A DNA stretch of 64,000 bases from Gemmatimonadales bacterium (GCA_035574255.1 DATLYZ010000079.1:35390-99389), one strand, 5' to 3'; positions 1 through 10,158 are shown, numbered from the stretch's first letter. Notes: generated by a model not told the origin, from the sequence alone. Program-made: numbers and translations.

Positions 1-20
1 CCCGTTCCAGGCGCCAGGGG

Positions 21-58
21 TTGACGGCCTGATTGTTCGATGATTATCGATATATCAT
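21..58 (+). promoter_or_regulatory. arsR promoter/operator candidate
   Basis: TTGACG at 21-26, then the only AT-rich patch nearby (TGATTATCGATATATCA, 41-57). This is an imperfect inverted repeat centred on ATCGAT that ends on the ATG at 57, the expected position for an ArsR/SmtB autoregulatory operator. Confidence 0.35.
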
Positions 59-365
59 GGCCACCTCCAGCGCCCGGCACCTCCTGGACCCGGCCGAGTT
101 CGAGCGGGTCGCCAAGGCGCTTGCGGATCCGCGCCGCTTCGAGATCCTGGAGGCGATTGCTGGCGCGGGAGAACTCTCCTGCAAGGCCCTGGTGGACCGC
201 TTCCCGATCGCCCAGGCCACCGTGTCCCACCATCTGAAGGAACTCCTGGTCGCCGGGCTGGTGGATGTGCGCCAGGTAGGCCAGTGCCGGTACTACCGGG
301 TCCGGCTAGGCACGCTGGAACAGTACCTGGACGAGGTGAGAAGCCGGGTGGCCGGGAACCCATAG
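57..365 (+). CDS. ArsR/SmtB family transcriptional regulator
   Basis: ORF 33..365. Winged-HTH pattern LADPRRFEILEAI...QATVSHHLKELLVAGLV is typical of ArsR. The ATG at 57 is preferred over the TTG at 33. Confidence 0.85.
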   Translation: MATSSARHLLDPAEFERVAKALADPRRFEILEAIAGAGELSCKALVDRFPIAQATVSHHLKELLVAGLVDVRQVGQCRYYRVRLGTLEQYLDEVRSRVAGNP

Positions 366-392
366 TTGGGCCCTGGCGTTGAAGGAGTTGAT

Positions 393-417
393 CCCGCCCG
401 GGTGGCGGGTATTTTCG
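393..417 (+). terminator. intrinsic terminator after arsR
   Basis: CCCGCC-cgggt-GGCGGG hairpin followed by TATTTTCG. Confidence 0.6.
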
Positions 418-660
418 TGGGACCTTTCATAGATGGTTGTCTATTGGCCAATGGAAGGCGTTTCTGGGTCGAGCGGGTCCGCCTCGGTTCAGCCGGCGAT
501 GCCGGTTCCGGAGTCGGCGGTAGTGAGAGGGCCAGCGGGCTAAGGGCAGGGGTGGCGAAGGAACGGTGACAGGGTCTGGCCGGTGTCACCCGATGGACGA
601 CCAGCCGGCCAGGTAGCGTGGACGGCGGTGCTACCGCCCAAGCACAACGAGGAGAATCGA

Positions 661-1011
661 GTGTTGAAGCATGAGACCGCGACCGTCCAGGTGACGGACG
701 CAACCTTCGAGTCGGAGATCGAGCGCCACGACGGTATTGCCCTGGTGGACTTCTGGGCCGCGTGGTGCGGGCCCTGCCTGGCCGTGGCGCCGGTCGTGGA
801 TCAACTCGCGCGCGAGTGGCAGGGCCGGGTGAAGGTGGCCAAGCTGGATGTGGACCAGAACCCGGCGACGACCGCGCGTTTCGGCATTCGTTCCATTCCG
901 GCCATCCTGCTCTTCCAGAACGGCCGCCACGTGGACACCGTGATCGGTGCGGACCCCCGGCTTCCGGCCATGCTCCAGGACAAGGTGAAGCGGCTGGGGG
1001 CTGGGGTGTAG
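661..1011 (+). CDS. trxA: thioredoxin
   Basis: WCGPC active site and DFWAAWCGPC...VAKLDVDQNP...GIRSIPAILLF. The GTG at 661 is preceded by GAGGAG. The ORF-track start at 583 looks like an upstream extension. Confidence 0.9.
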   Translation: MLKHETATVQVTDATFESEIERHDGIALVDFWAAWCGPCLAVAPVVDQLAREWQGRVKVAKLDVDQNPATTARFGIRSIPAILLFQNGRHVDTVIGADPRLPAMLQDKVKRLGAGV

Positions 1012-1017
1012 CCGTTC

Positions 1018-2316
<1,299 letters not shown>

Positions 2317-2342
2317 CGGGAGGCGAGAAAAAGAGCCGAAGC

Positions 2343-2801
2343 TTACATCCGGGGAAGGAGCTTGGGTACCCGGCGGCGATATGCCGCGTAGCCGGGGAAC
2401 CGCTGGAGCAGTAGCCGCTCCTCGGCGGTCGCCTTTCGGTCGAACCACACGAGTGCGGCGGCCCCGGACACGAGCCCGCTCCACCAGGTTCCCCAGATCA
2501 GCCCCCATCCCGCCAGGGCCAGGATGACGCCGAGATAGATGGGATGGCGCACCACGCGGTACGGCCCGCGCTCCACCAGCTCGCCGCCTTCGACCGGCAC
2601 GACGCTCGGGGTCAGGCTCCGGCCCAGGGCGTGGGCCGCAGCCCCCACCACGGCAGCGCCGGTGATCAGGAGCACGAGACCCACGGCTCGGTGGGGGCCG
2701 GGCCGGCTGCCCACCAGGAGCGGAACCCCGGCACCGATCGCCCCGATCAGCATCATCTGACCCCAGACCCAGGGGTCCCGCACCGCCTGGCGAAGCTCCA
2801 T
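2343..2801 (-). CDS. isoprenylcysteine carboxyl / phospholipid methyltransferase family membrane protein
   Basis: Multi-TM 152 aa protein with GPYRVVRHPIYLG and a C-terminal EERLLLQRFPGYAAY pattern. Confidence 0.75.
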   Translation of the reverse strand: MELRQAVRDPWVWGQMMLIGAIGAGVPLLVGSRPGPHRAVGLVLLITGAAVVGAAAHALGRSLTPSVVPVEGGELVERGPYRVVRHPIYLGVILALAGWGLIWGTWWSGLVSGAAALVWFDRKATAEERLLLQRFPGYAAYRRRVPKLLPRM

Positions 2802-2850
2802 CCGCCCTCCGAAGCCGGGGTTATATTCTCCCGTCCCGCGCTACCGAACG

Positions 2851-4521
2851 ATGACGACTCCATCCACCGGTCCCATCCTGCCCCGGCGGCACCAGCGCGA
2901 CCTGCCGCTCGACCAGTTGATTCTCGAGACCGCCCCCGGTCCCGAGGCGATCGAGCTCGACGTGCTCTTCGTCGGCGCGGGTCCCGCCGGGCTGGCCGGG
3001 GCCATCGAGCTGGCCCGGCTGGCCCGGCGAGACGGCGAGGCCGGCGGCAGCATGGCCGGGCTGAGCATCGGCGTGCTGGAGAAGGCCGGCAGCTTGGGCG
3101 AGCACAGCCTGTCCGGCGCCGTCGTCAATCCCCGCGCGCTCCGCGAACTCTTCCCGGAGCTCCGCGATACGGACTTCCCCTTCCGCCAGCCGGTCGGCGC
3201 GGAAGCCGTCTATCTCCTCACGCCCCGGGGTTCGTTCAAGGTGCCCACGCCCCCCACCATGCACAATCGCGGCTTTTACACCGCCTCGATCTGCGAGCTG
3301 GTGCGCTGGCTGGGCTCCAGGGCCGAAGAGCTGGGTGTGAACCTCTTCGCCGGATTCCCGGCCCACGCCTTGCTGGTCGAGGGCCGCGCCGTCCGAGGGG
3401 TGCGAACCACACCCACGGGCCTCGATCGGGAAGGCCGCCCCACGGCGAGCTATCAGGACCCCACCGACCTCACCGCCAGGGTGACCGTCCTGAGCGACGG
3501 CACCCGAGGGCACCTGGGCCAGGCCTGGCGCCAATGGCAGGGTGTGGATTCGGTGAATCCCCAGATCTTCGCCCTGGGTGTCAAGGAGGTGTGGAAGGTC
3601 CGCCGCCCGCTCGACCGGGTGGTTCACACCCTCGGCTGGCCCCTCCCGCCCACCGCCTTCGGCGGGAGCTTCGTGTACCCCCTGGGGGCGGAGCAGATCG
3701 CCCTGGGCCTGGTGGTCGGGCTCGACTACCGCGAGGCCACGCTCGATGTCCACGTCCTGCTCCAGCGCCTCAAGGAACATCCGCTGATCCGGCCGTGGCT
3801 CGAGGGTGGGGAACTCCTCGAATGGGGTGCCAAGACCATCCCCGAGGGCGGTTATTACGCCCTCCCGAGCCGCCGGTCGGGCGACGGGGTTCTCCTCGTG
3901 GGCGACAGCGCCGGCTTCGTGGACGTGCCTTCGCTCAAGGGAATCCATTACGCGATGCAGTCCGGTATCTACGCCGCCCGCGCGGCGTTCGCGGCGCTCA
4001 AGGCGGGCGACTGCTCGGCGGCACGGCTGGCCGAGTTCGACCGGATGGTGGACGCGAGCTACATCGTCCAGGACCTCTACCGGACCCGGAACATGCGGCT
4101 TGCTTTCAAGCACGGACTGTGGACGGGGGCGATCCAGGCCGGTCTCATGACCCTGACCGGCGGGCGGTTTCCCGGCGGCCGGATCGCCATGCATGCGGAC
4201 GCGGACCGGCCCCGGGAGCCGGCGACCGAGGCGCCGTTCGCGCCTGACGGCCGGCTCACGTTCAGCAAGCTCGATGCAGTCTTCAAGTCGGGGAACGCCA
4301 CCCGCGATACGATTCCCCAGCACCTCCTGGTCGGTCCCGACATCACCCCGGAGGTGGCGGACTTCTACGCGCATCTCTGCCCGGCCGGCGTGTACGAGCG
4401 GGTGGGCGAGGTGCTCCGGGTCAACGCCCCCAACTGTGTGGACTGCAAGGCCACCGACGTGCTGGGGCCACGCTGGACGCCGCGGGAAGGCGGGAGCGGG
4501 CCTCGGTATCGCCTGATGTAA
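2851..4521 (+). CDS. electron-transfer flavoprotein:ubiquinone oxidoreductase
   Basis: FAD dinucleotide motif DVLFVGAGPAGLAGA and a C-terminal 4Fe-4S region CPAGVYE...NAPNCVDCKATD. At 556 aa the length fits ETF-QO. Confidence 0.9.
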   Translation: MTTPSTGPILPRRHQRDLPLDQLILETAPGPEAIELDVLFVGAGPAGLAGAIELARLARRDGEAGGSMAGLSIGVLEKAGSLGEHSLSGAVVNPRALRELFPELRDTDFPFRQPVGAEAVYLLTPRGSFKVPTPPTMHNRGFYTASICELVRWLGSRAEELGVNLFAGFPAHALLVEGRAVRGVRTTPTGLDREGRPTASYQDPTDLTARVTVLSDGTRGHLGQAWRQWQGVDSVNPQIFALGVKEVWKVRRPLDRVVHTLGWPLPPTAFGGSFVYPLGAEQIALGLVVGLDYREATLDVHVLLQRLKEHPLIRPWLEGGELLEWGAKTIPEGGYYALPSRRSGDGVLLVGDSAGFVDVPSLKGIHYAMQSGIYAARAAFAALKAGDCSAARLAEFDRMVDASYIVQDLYRTRNMRLAFKHGLWTGAIQAGLMTLTGGRFPGGRIAMHADADRPREPATEAPFAPDGRLTFSKLDAVFKSGNATRDTIPQHLLVGPDITPEVADFYAHLCPAGVYERVGEVLRVNAPNCVDCKATDVLGPRWTPREGGSGPRYRLM

Positions 4522-4672
4522 GCGGTTCTGCCGGCCGCGTGTCGGCGGCGGGTGACGGGAGGCGGGCGATCGGCGGGGCCTCCCCGTCCTGCGCCGCAGG
4601 ACGCCTCGCCGCGGAACCGGTCCTTCATCCCCTGACGCCCGGTTACACGCTCGCACGCGCTTTCTTCGCCCA

Positions 4673-5917
4673 ATGACCGATCAGCCCTACCGCCACTCCC
4701 GCCGCCGCTCCCGGGCCATCAGCCTGCCCTCCTTGTTGCCGCAGGCGGGGGACCTCCCGTGGTGGAAGCGGGCGCTGGTCCGGCCCGAGCCGCTCCATGT
4801 GGATGCCGGCGCGCACGGCGAGCTCCTGGTGGCGCGAATTCGGATCGTCCTGCTGGTCCTGCTGCTCCCGATCCCGGTGGCCAACCTCATCGTGTCGCGG
4901 GAAGCGACCGAGTCGCTGGTCGGGTTGTTGACCCTGCTCGTGGCCCTGGGATGCGCCATCGGGCTCGCCCTCCTGCTCCAGCGCGACGTCTATCGGCCGT
5001 GGCTCGGCATGGCGAGCAGCCTGATTGACGTGAGCGCGGTGAGCTCGGCCCTCGGCGTGTTCCTGCTCCTCGATGCGCCGCTCACCACGGTCAACAGCCG
5101 CCCCACGTTCGAGTGCTACTTCCTCGCGATCGGCGCCACGGCCTTGCGGTACGATCCCCGGGTCTGCCTGCTGGCGGGCCTGGCGGCCATCGTGCAGTAC
5201 CTGGGGCTCGTGGTCTACGCCGATCGCCACTGGGACCTGGCCCGACTGGCCGCCCAGGACAACAGCTACGGCCGGTTCGACTGGGCCACCCAGATCTCGC
5301 GCCTCATCCTGCTCGGGGTGGCGGCGCTCCTCGCGGCGGCCATCGTGCTCCGCAGTCAGGCGCTCCGCCGCCAGTCCCGGAGCGACCGGCTGACGGGCCT
5401 CCCCAACCGCTCCTACTTCGACGAGCAGATGGACGCGGTGCTCGCCCGCACCTCGCGGCTCGGGACCTCCCTTGCGGTGGCGATGATAGACGTGGATCAC
5501 TTCAAGCGGTACAACGACAGCTACGGCCACGCGGCGGGCGACGTGGCCCTCCGCGCCGTGGCACTCTGTATTCAGCACGCGGTACGGGAGGGTGACTTGG
5601 TAGTCCGCTACGGCGGAGAGGAGTTCGTCGCGGTGCTCCCCGGCATGGGGGCGGAAGCCGCCCACGCGCGGCTCGAGGAAATCCGCCGGGCGGTCGAAGA
5701 CCTGGCGATCCCCCTGCCGCGCCAGAGCGGCGCCGCCCGCATCACCATCAGTGCGGGCATCGCCGCGTACGGGGCCGACGGAACCCAGGCGGAAGACCTG
5801 CTGGACCGGGCCGATGCAAGACTCTTCGAGGCCAAGCAGCGGGGCCGCAACCGGGTGGTCTCCGTTTCCGGTGGCGAGGGACGGACCTGGAACCCGAGGC
5901 CGGGGGCGGTGAGCTGA
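4673..5917 (+). CDS. membrane-bound diguanylate cyclase (GGDEF)
   Basis: Polytopic N-terminal half. The C-terminal half has LTGLPNR...DVDHFKRYNDSYGHAAGD...REGDLVVRYGGEEF, with an RxxD I-site at the same spacing as in PleD. Confidence 0.85.
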   Translation: MTDQPYRHSRRRSRAISLPSLLPQAGDLPWWKRALVRPEPLHVDAGAHGELLVARIRIVLLVLLLPIPVANLIVSREATESLVGLLTLLVALGCAIGLALLLQRDVYRPWLGMASSLIDVSAVSSALGVFLLLDAPLTTVNSRPTFECYFLAIGATALRYDPRVCLLAGLAAIVQYLGLVVYADRHWDLARLAAQDNSYGRFDWATQISRLILLGVAALLAAAIVLRSQALRRQSRSDRLTGLPNRSYFDEQMDAVLARTSRLGTSLAVAMIDVDHFKRYNDSYGHAAGDVALRAVALCIQHAVREGDLVVRYGGEEFVAVLPGMGAEAAHARLEEIRRAVEDLAIPLPRQSGAARITISAGIAAYGADGTQAEDLLDRADARLFEAKQRGRNRVVSVSGGEGRTWNPRPGAVS

Positions 5918-6244
5918 CGCCAACCCGTTGTCGGGCCGGACGTTGGAGCCGAACCCTGCCGGCCCGAGCCTCCGGTCCGCGCCGCTTTTGGGCTTGGGCC
6001 ACGGCGGGCGCGGGATGTGACAACTCCCTCGCGCGGGGTGGTCGTGGTACTCTCGAGGGGCGTTTCGAGCCGGTTGCCTCGGGTGCCGCTGGCGCCGCAG
6101 CAGGTGGCCCAAGTCCGGCGCGGCCCCCCTCCCCCCCCGGCTCGGCCCGCGTGGCAGATTGATCTTGCCGGCGGGTGGCGCCGCCGGAGCGCCAACCGGA
6201 ACGCTGGCGGCGGCAGGCAGTCGCGTCGTCTGAACGGGAGACCT

Positions 6245-7090
6245 ATGCCGGCGCTGTCGCTGTTCGGGATCCCCAGGGCGGAGTGGCTCACGTCACCGGT
6301 GCAGATCCTGCTGGCGGCGCTCCTGGCTCTGGGCGGCGCCTGGGGCTGGGCGGCGCTGCGGCGGCATCGGGCCACCGCTCCGCTCCGCACGCTTCTCGGC
6401 CGCCTCGCCGCGGGGTCCTCTCCGGTGAGCATCCAGGTGCGGGCCCTGTTCGTCCCGAGCGGCGAACTCTTCTCCCGCGCGCCCGAGTATCCGCCCAGTG
6501 TCACCGCCGGCCTCACGGTCCACAAATGGACCAACATCCCCGAGGTCCATAGCGCAGCCGACGTGCGGGCCGCGGTGGAGGTGCTGCACCTCCTCCTCGC
6601 GGCCAACCGCAACGTGACGGCGGTGCTTCGGCCGACCGAGTCGGCGACCCGAGGCTGGACCGAGGACGTGATCGCGATCGGGCCCCACTTCAAGTCCTGG
6701 CAGATCCTCGACCACTGCGAGCCGCGGCTGATGGCGCTCCGGAACCCCGCGGCCTTCCGCAGCCTGGTATCCCAGGAAGTGTTCGAAGCACGGGGGACAC
6801 TCGACTACGGGCTCGTCTACAAGGGCTCCCACCCCTCCACCCGTCGCGCCTTCTGGGTCATCATGGGCCTGAGCGATGCGGGCACCGAGGCCGCCGCCTG
6901 GTTCCTCCGCCGCCACGCGGCGGCGCTGGGCCACCTCACGGGCGGGGCTCCCTTCGCGGCGGTGGTCGCGGTGGACACTGGGCGGGGTCGCGAGAGTGCG
7001 GCCTTCCGCTCGCTCCAGCCCCGGCCGAGCTGGTGGCGGCGGCTGGTCTATCGGAATGCCTGGCAGCAGGTGGCGGGCCTCAGGGACTGA
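6245..7090 (+). CDS. hypothetical membrane-anchored protein (one N-terminal TM helix plus a soluble alpha/beta-looking domain)
   Basis: ORF 6017..7090. The ATG at 6245 is preceded by GGGAGA. A TM helix (VQILLAALLALGGAWGWAAL) is present. I recognise no family. Confidence 0.55.
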   Translation: MPALSLFGIPRAEWLTSPVQILLAALLALGGAWGWAALRRHRATAPLRTLLGRLAAGSSPVSIQVRALFVPSGELFSRAPEYPPSVTAGLTVHKWTNIPEVHSAADVRAAVEVLHLLLAANRNVTAVLRPTESATRGWTEDVIAIGPHFKSWQILDHCEPRLMALRNPAAFRSLVSQEVFEARGTLDYGLVYKGSHPSTRRAFWVIMGLSDAGTEAAAWFLRRHAAALGHLTGGAPFAAVVAVDTGRGRESAAFRSLQPRPSWWRRLVYRNAWQQVAGLRD

Positions 7091-7173
7091 GGGTTGCGGG
7101 CCGTGGGGCGACCGGGAGCGTGAGGGGCGTCCGGTGCTGGTTCGCCACCCCTCCGGCGCGGACCGTTGGGCCC

Positions 7174-7208
7174 GCCGCCGGCCGCCGGCCGCCGGCCGCC
7201 GGCCGCCG
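7174..7208. repeat. perfect heptanucleotide tandem repeat (GCCGCCG)x5
   Basis: Five exact tandem copies read directly, lying in the convergent intergenic gap between 7090 and 7223. Confidence 0.95.
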
Positions 7209-7222
7209 CGGGCCCGGAGGGA

Positions 7223-8386
7223 TCAGTACCGCGGTACCGTCGGATCCACCTCTTCGCTCCAGCGGATGATGCCCCCGGCCAGGTTCCAGACCCGCTGGAA
7301 GCCGGCCGCCTGGAGCTGGAGCGCGGCGCGGGCGCTCCGGTTGCCGCTCTTGCAGTACACCACGATGTCCCGGTCGGGGTCGAGCTCGGCCAGCGCGTCT
7401 CCAAGGGAGCCTAACGGAACGAGCCGAGCTCCCGGAATCCGGCCGATCTCCCACTCGTGCGGCTCCCGTACGTCCAGCAGGTCGAAATCCTCTCCGCGCC
7501 CGAGCCGCGCGGCGAGTTCGAGGGGGGTGAGCGCGGCGACTCCGTTGCCCCCCACCGGCTCGGGGCTCAAGCCGCAGAATTGCTCGTAATCCACGAGCTC
7601 GGTGATCTCCCGGGTGCCGCAGGCCGGGCATTCAGGGTCTTTCCGGAGCCGCACGGTGCGGAAGCGCATCTCGAGGGCGTCCACCAGGAGGAGCCGCCCG
7701 ATCAGCGGGGTCCCCGCCCCGGTGATCAGCTTGATCGCCTCCGTCGCCTGGATGGTCCCGATGAGTCCCGGCAGCACGCCCAGCACACCGCCCTCGGCGC
7801 AGCTCGGCACCAGCCCCGGCGGAGGCGGCTCGCGATAGAGGCAGCGGTAGCAGGGTCCGTCCGGAGTCGCCAGCACCGACGCCTGGCCGTCGAACCGGAA
7901 GATGCTCCCGTACACATTGGGCTTGCCCAGCAGGACGCACGCGTCGTTGACCAGGTAGCGGGTGGGGAAGTTGTCGGTCCCGTCAATGACGATGTCGTAG
8001 TCCTGGAGGATCTCCAGGGCATTGGCCGAACTGAGCCGGGTCTCGTAGGTCTCCACCTGCACGTGGGGGTTGAGGTCCGCGATCCGCTCCCGCGCCGAGA
8101 CGAGCTTGGGGCGTCCCACCTGCGAGGTGCCGTGCAGCACCTGGCGCTGCAGGTTGGTGAGATCCACGCGGTCGAAATCCACGAGCCCGAGGCGGCCCAC
8201 CCCGGCCGCCGCGAGGTAGAGGGCGAGCGGCGAGCCCAGTCCGCCGGCGCCGACCAGCAGCACGCTCGCCGCCTTGAGTCGCCGCTGGCCTTCCAGGCCG
8301 ACTTCCGGCAGAATCAGGTGGCGGCTGTACCGGAGAATCTCGCTCTGATCGAGCGCCGGGAGCCCGGTCGCGGACGCGGTGGTCAT
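7223..8386 (-). CDS. moeZ: MoeZ/MoeB-type sulfur-carrier adenylyltransferase with C-terminal rhodanese domain
   Basis: ThiF/MoeB motif RYSRHLILPEVG...LLVGAGGLGSP, a CxxC pair (CYRC, CPAC), and rhodanese VVYCKSGNRSARAA. Confidence 0.9.
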   Translation of the reverse strand: MTTASATGLPALDQSEILRYSRHLILPEVGLEGQRRLKAASVLLVGAGGLGSPLALYLAAAGVGRLGLVDFDRVDLTNLQRQVLHGTSQVGRPKLVSARERIADLNPHVQVETYETRLSSANALEILQDYDIVIDGTDNFPTRYLVNDACVLLGKPNVYGSIFRFDGQASVLATPDGPCYRCLYREPPPPGLVPSCAEGGVLGVLPGLIGTIQATEAIKLITGAGTPLIGRLLLVDALEMRFRTVRLRKDPECPACGTREITELVDYEQFCGLSPEPVGGNGVAALTPLELAARLGRGEDFDLLDVREPHEWEIGRIPGARLVPLGSLGDALAELDPDRDIVVYCKSGNRSARAALQLQAAGFQRVWNLAGGIIRWSEEVDPTVPRY

Positions 8387-8388
8387 GC

Positions 8389-8664
8389 TCAGCCTCCCGC
8401 GATGGCGGGAACCACGGTGACCTCGTCACCGTCCCGCACGGGGGTGTCGAATCCGCCGGTGAGGCGGATGTCCTGGTCGTTAAGATAAAACGTCACAAAG
8501 GGATAGGGTTTCCCGTCTCCGTCCCGGAGCCGCGGGGCGAGGCCCGGGTATCGCTCGGCGACCTGCGCCACGACCTCGCCCACGGTGGTCCCTTCCACGG
8601 GAATCACCTTCGCGCCGTCGGCGAGCTTGGCGAGCACGGAGGGGAGACTGATCGTCACTGGCAT
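8389..8664 (-). CDS. CysO/MoaD/ThiS-family sulfur carrier protein (91 aa, C-terminal GG)
   Basis: Internal ATG at 8664 within ORF 8389..9336. The protein ends ...DGDEVTVVPAIAGG. The C-terminal half resembles mycobacterial CysO (VNDEDVRFSGG...DGDSVTILPAVAGG), quoted from memory. Confidence 0.85.
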   Translation of the reverse strand: MPVTISLPSVLAKLADGAKVIPVEGTTVGEVVAQVAERYPGLAPRLRDGDGKPYPFVTFYLNDQDIRLTGGFDTPVRDGDEVTVVPAIAGG

Positions 8665-8687
8665 GGGGCGTCCTCGGTTGGGCTGGT

Positions 8688-9962
8688 TCAGGGTGCGGCC
8701 TGCTCGACGAGCGCGGCCACCTCGCGGAGCCGCGGCGCCACCAGCGGGGCGTCCGGCAGGGCGCCCGCCAGGGCTTCCACGGTCTTGAGGCCGTTGCCGG
8801 TAATGGCGAGGACCATCTCGTCGTCCGGCCGGAATCGCCCGGCCCGGGCCAGGGCGAGCGCGGCGGCCACGGTGACCCCGCCGGCGGTTTCGGTGAAGAT
8901 CCCGGCCTCCCGCGCGAGGAGCCGGATCCCCTCGACCAGCTCGGCGTCGCTCACGGCGGCGGCCCAGCCGCCGGTTTCCCGGATGGCGCGGGCGGCGTAG
9001 ACCCCATCGGCCGGGTTGCCGATCGCAATCGAGCGGGCGATGGTCCTGGGGATCTCGGGCACGACCTGGCCCTCCCCCCCCCGCTCGACCAGCCTCACGA
9101 TCGGCGCACACCCGTCCGCCTGCGCCCCGTAGAGACGCGGCGGCGGGCCGCTGGCGAGTCCCGCCGCGGTGAATTCCGCGAAGCCCTTCCGGAGCTTGGT
9201 CACGAGGGAGCCGCCCGCCATCGGCGCCACCACCGCGGTGGGGAGCCGCCAGCCGAGCTGCTCGACGATCTCGAAGGCGACGGTCTTGGAGCCCTCGCCG
9301 TAATAGCCCCGCAAGTTGACGTTGACGATCCCCCACCCGAAGCGATCCGCCACCTGGGCGCAGAGCCGATTCACGTCGTCATAGGTTCCGCGGATGCGGA
9401 CCAGGCGCGGCCCGTACACCGCGGTGCCCACGACCTTACCCAGCTCCAGATCCTCCGGCACGAAGATCCAGGCCGCGAGCCCGGCCCGGGCGGCGTGGGC
9501 GGCGACCGCGTTGGCCAGGTTGCCGGTGGAGGCACAGCCGACGGTGTCGAGCCCGAAGGCGCGGGCGGCGTTGATCGCCGTGGCGACGACGCGGTCCTTG
9601 AACGAGAGCGACGGGTGGCAGACCGCGTCATTCTTGATCCAGACCCGCGCGACACCGAGCCGGCGGGCCAGGGCCGGCGCCTCGACGAGCGGGGTGAACC
9701 CGCTGTCGGCCGACAGCGCCGGTGCCCCGTCGAGCGGCAGCCACTCCCGGTAGCGCCACAGGGACGGGGGCCGGCGCTCGATCTCGGCGCGGCTCGGCAG
9801 TGGGCGGGAGTCGGCGTACACCGGATCCAGGGGCCCCAGGCACTCCTCGCAAATCGCCACCGGCGCCGGATCATGCGCCAGGCCGCAATGGCGACATCGG
9901 AGCGGGAGGGCGCGGGGCGGTACCGCGCCGACGGCGGGCTCGGTGGCGAGCGCTGGGGTCAT
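8688..9962 (-). CDS. threonine-synthase-family PLP enzyme with N-terminal zinc ribbon (possible thiocarboxylate-dependent homocysteine/cysteine synthase)
   Basis: ORF 8688..10421. The homologous part starts at MTPALATE (ATG at 9962). It has CRHCG...CEEC and the PLP-lysine motif SLSFKDR. It lies 23 nt upstream of the carrier gene. Confidence 0.85.
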   Translation of the reverse strand: MTPALATEPAVGAVPPRALPLRCRHCGLAHDPAPVAICEECLGPLDPVYADSRPLPSRAEIERRPPSLWRYREWLPLDGAPALSADSGFTPLVEAPALARRLGVARVWIKNDAVCHPSLSFKDRVVATAINAARAFGLDTVGCASTGNLANAVAAHAARAGLAAWIFVPEDLELGKVVGTAVYGPRLVRIRGTYDDVNRLCAQVADRFGWGIVNVNLRGYYGEGSKTVAFEIVEQLGWRLPTAVVAPMAGGSLVTKLRKGFAEFTAAGLASGPPPRLYGAQADGCAPIVRLVERGGEGQVVPEIPRTIARSIAIGNPADGVYAARAIRETGGWAAAVSDAELVEGIRLLAREAGIFTETAGGVTVAAALALARAGRFRPDDEMVLAITGNGLKTVEALAGALPDAPLVAPRLREVAALVEQAAP

Positions 9963-10000
9963 GGGTCGGTCCTTCGGTTCGGGTAATCGGTCGCCGAGCA

Positions 10001-10037
10001 GCAAAACGAAACCGGCCGCTCGCGGGGAGCGGCCGGT
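10001..10037 (-). terminator. intrinsic terminator inside the 5' leader
   Basis: RNA ACCGGCCGCUC-cccgc-GAGCGGCCGGU (11 bp stem) followed by UUCGUUUUGC. It lies 39 nt upstream of the start codon. Confidence 0.7.
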
Positions 10038-10062
10038 CTGGACGATCAACGGCGCCAGGCTG

Positions 10063-10158
10063 TCAGGCGGCGCGCGTGGACCTCCCCGGTCGCTCCCCCA
10101 ACGGAGGACAGGGACAGAGGGCCATCGCGATAATTCGCGCCCGCACGAGACCGGCCAC
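10063..10158 (-). CDS. candidate leader peptide MAGLVRARIIAMALCPCPPLGERPGRSTRAA
   Basis: GTG start 9 nt after AAGGAGG. Two UGU Cys codons and a PP pair lie just before the codons that form the anti-terminator strand. UGA stop is at 10063-10065. Confidence 0.35.
   Translation of the reverse strand: MAGLVRARIIAMALCPCPPLGERPGRSTRAA

Noticed and set aside
6152-6169. Sigma-54 promoter-like TGGCAG...TTGCC upstream of the hypothetical gene.
   Set aside because: GG to GC spacing is 14 nt (6153 to 6167) instead of the strictly conserved 12. It is more likely an imperfect palindrome.
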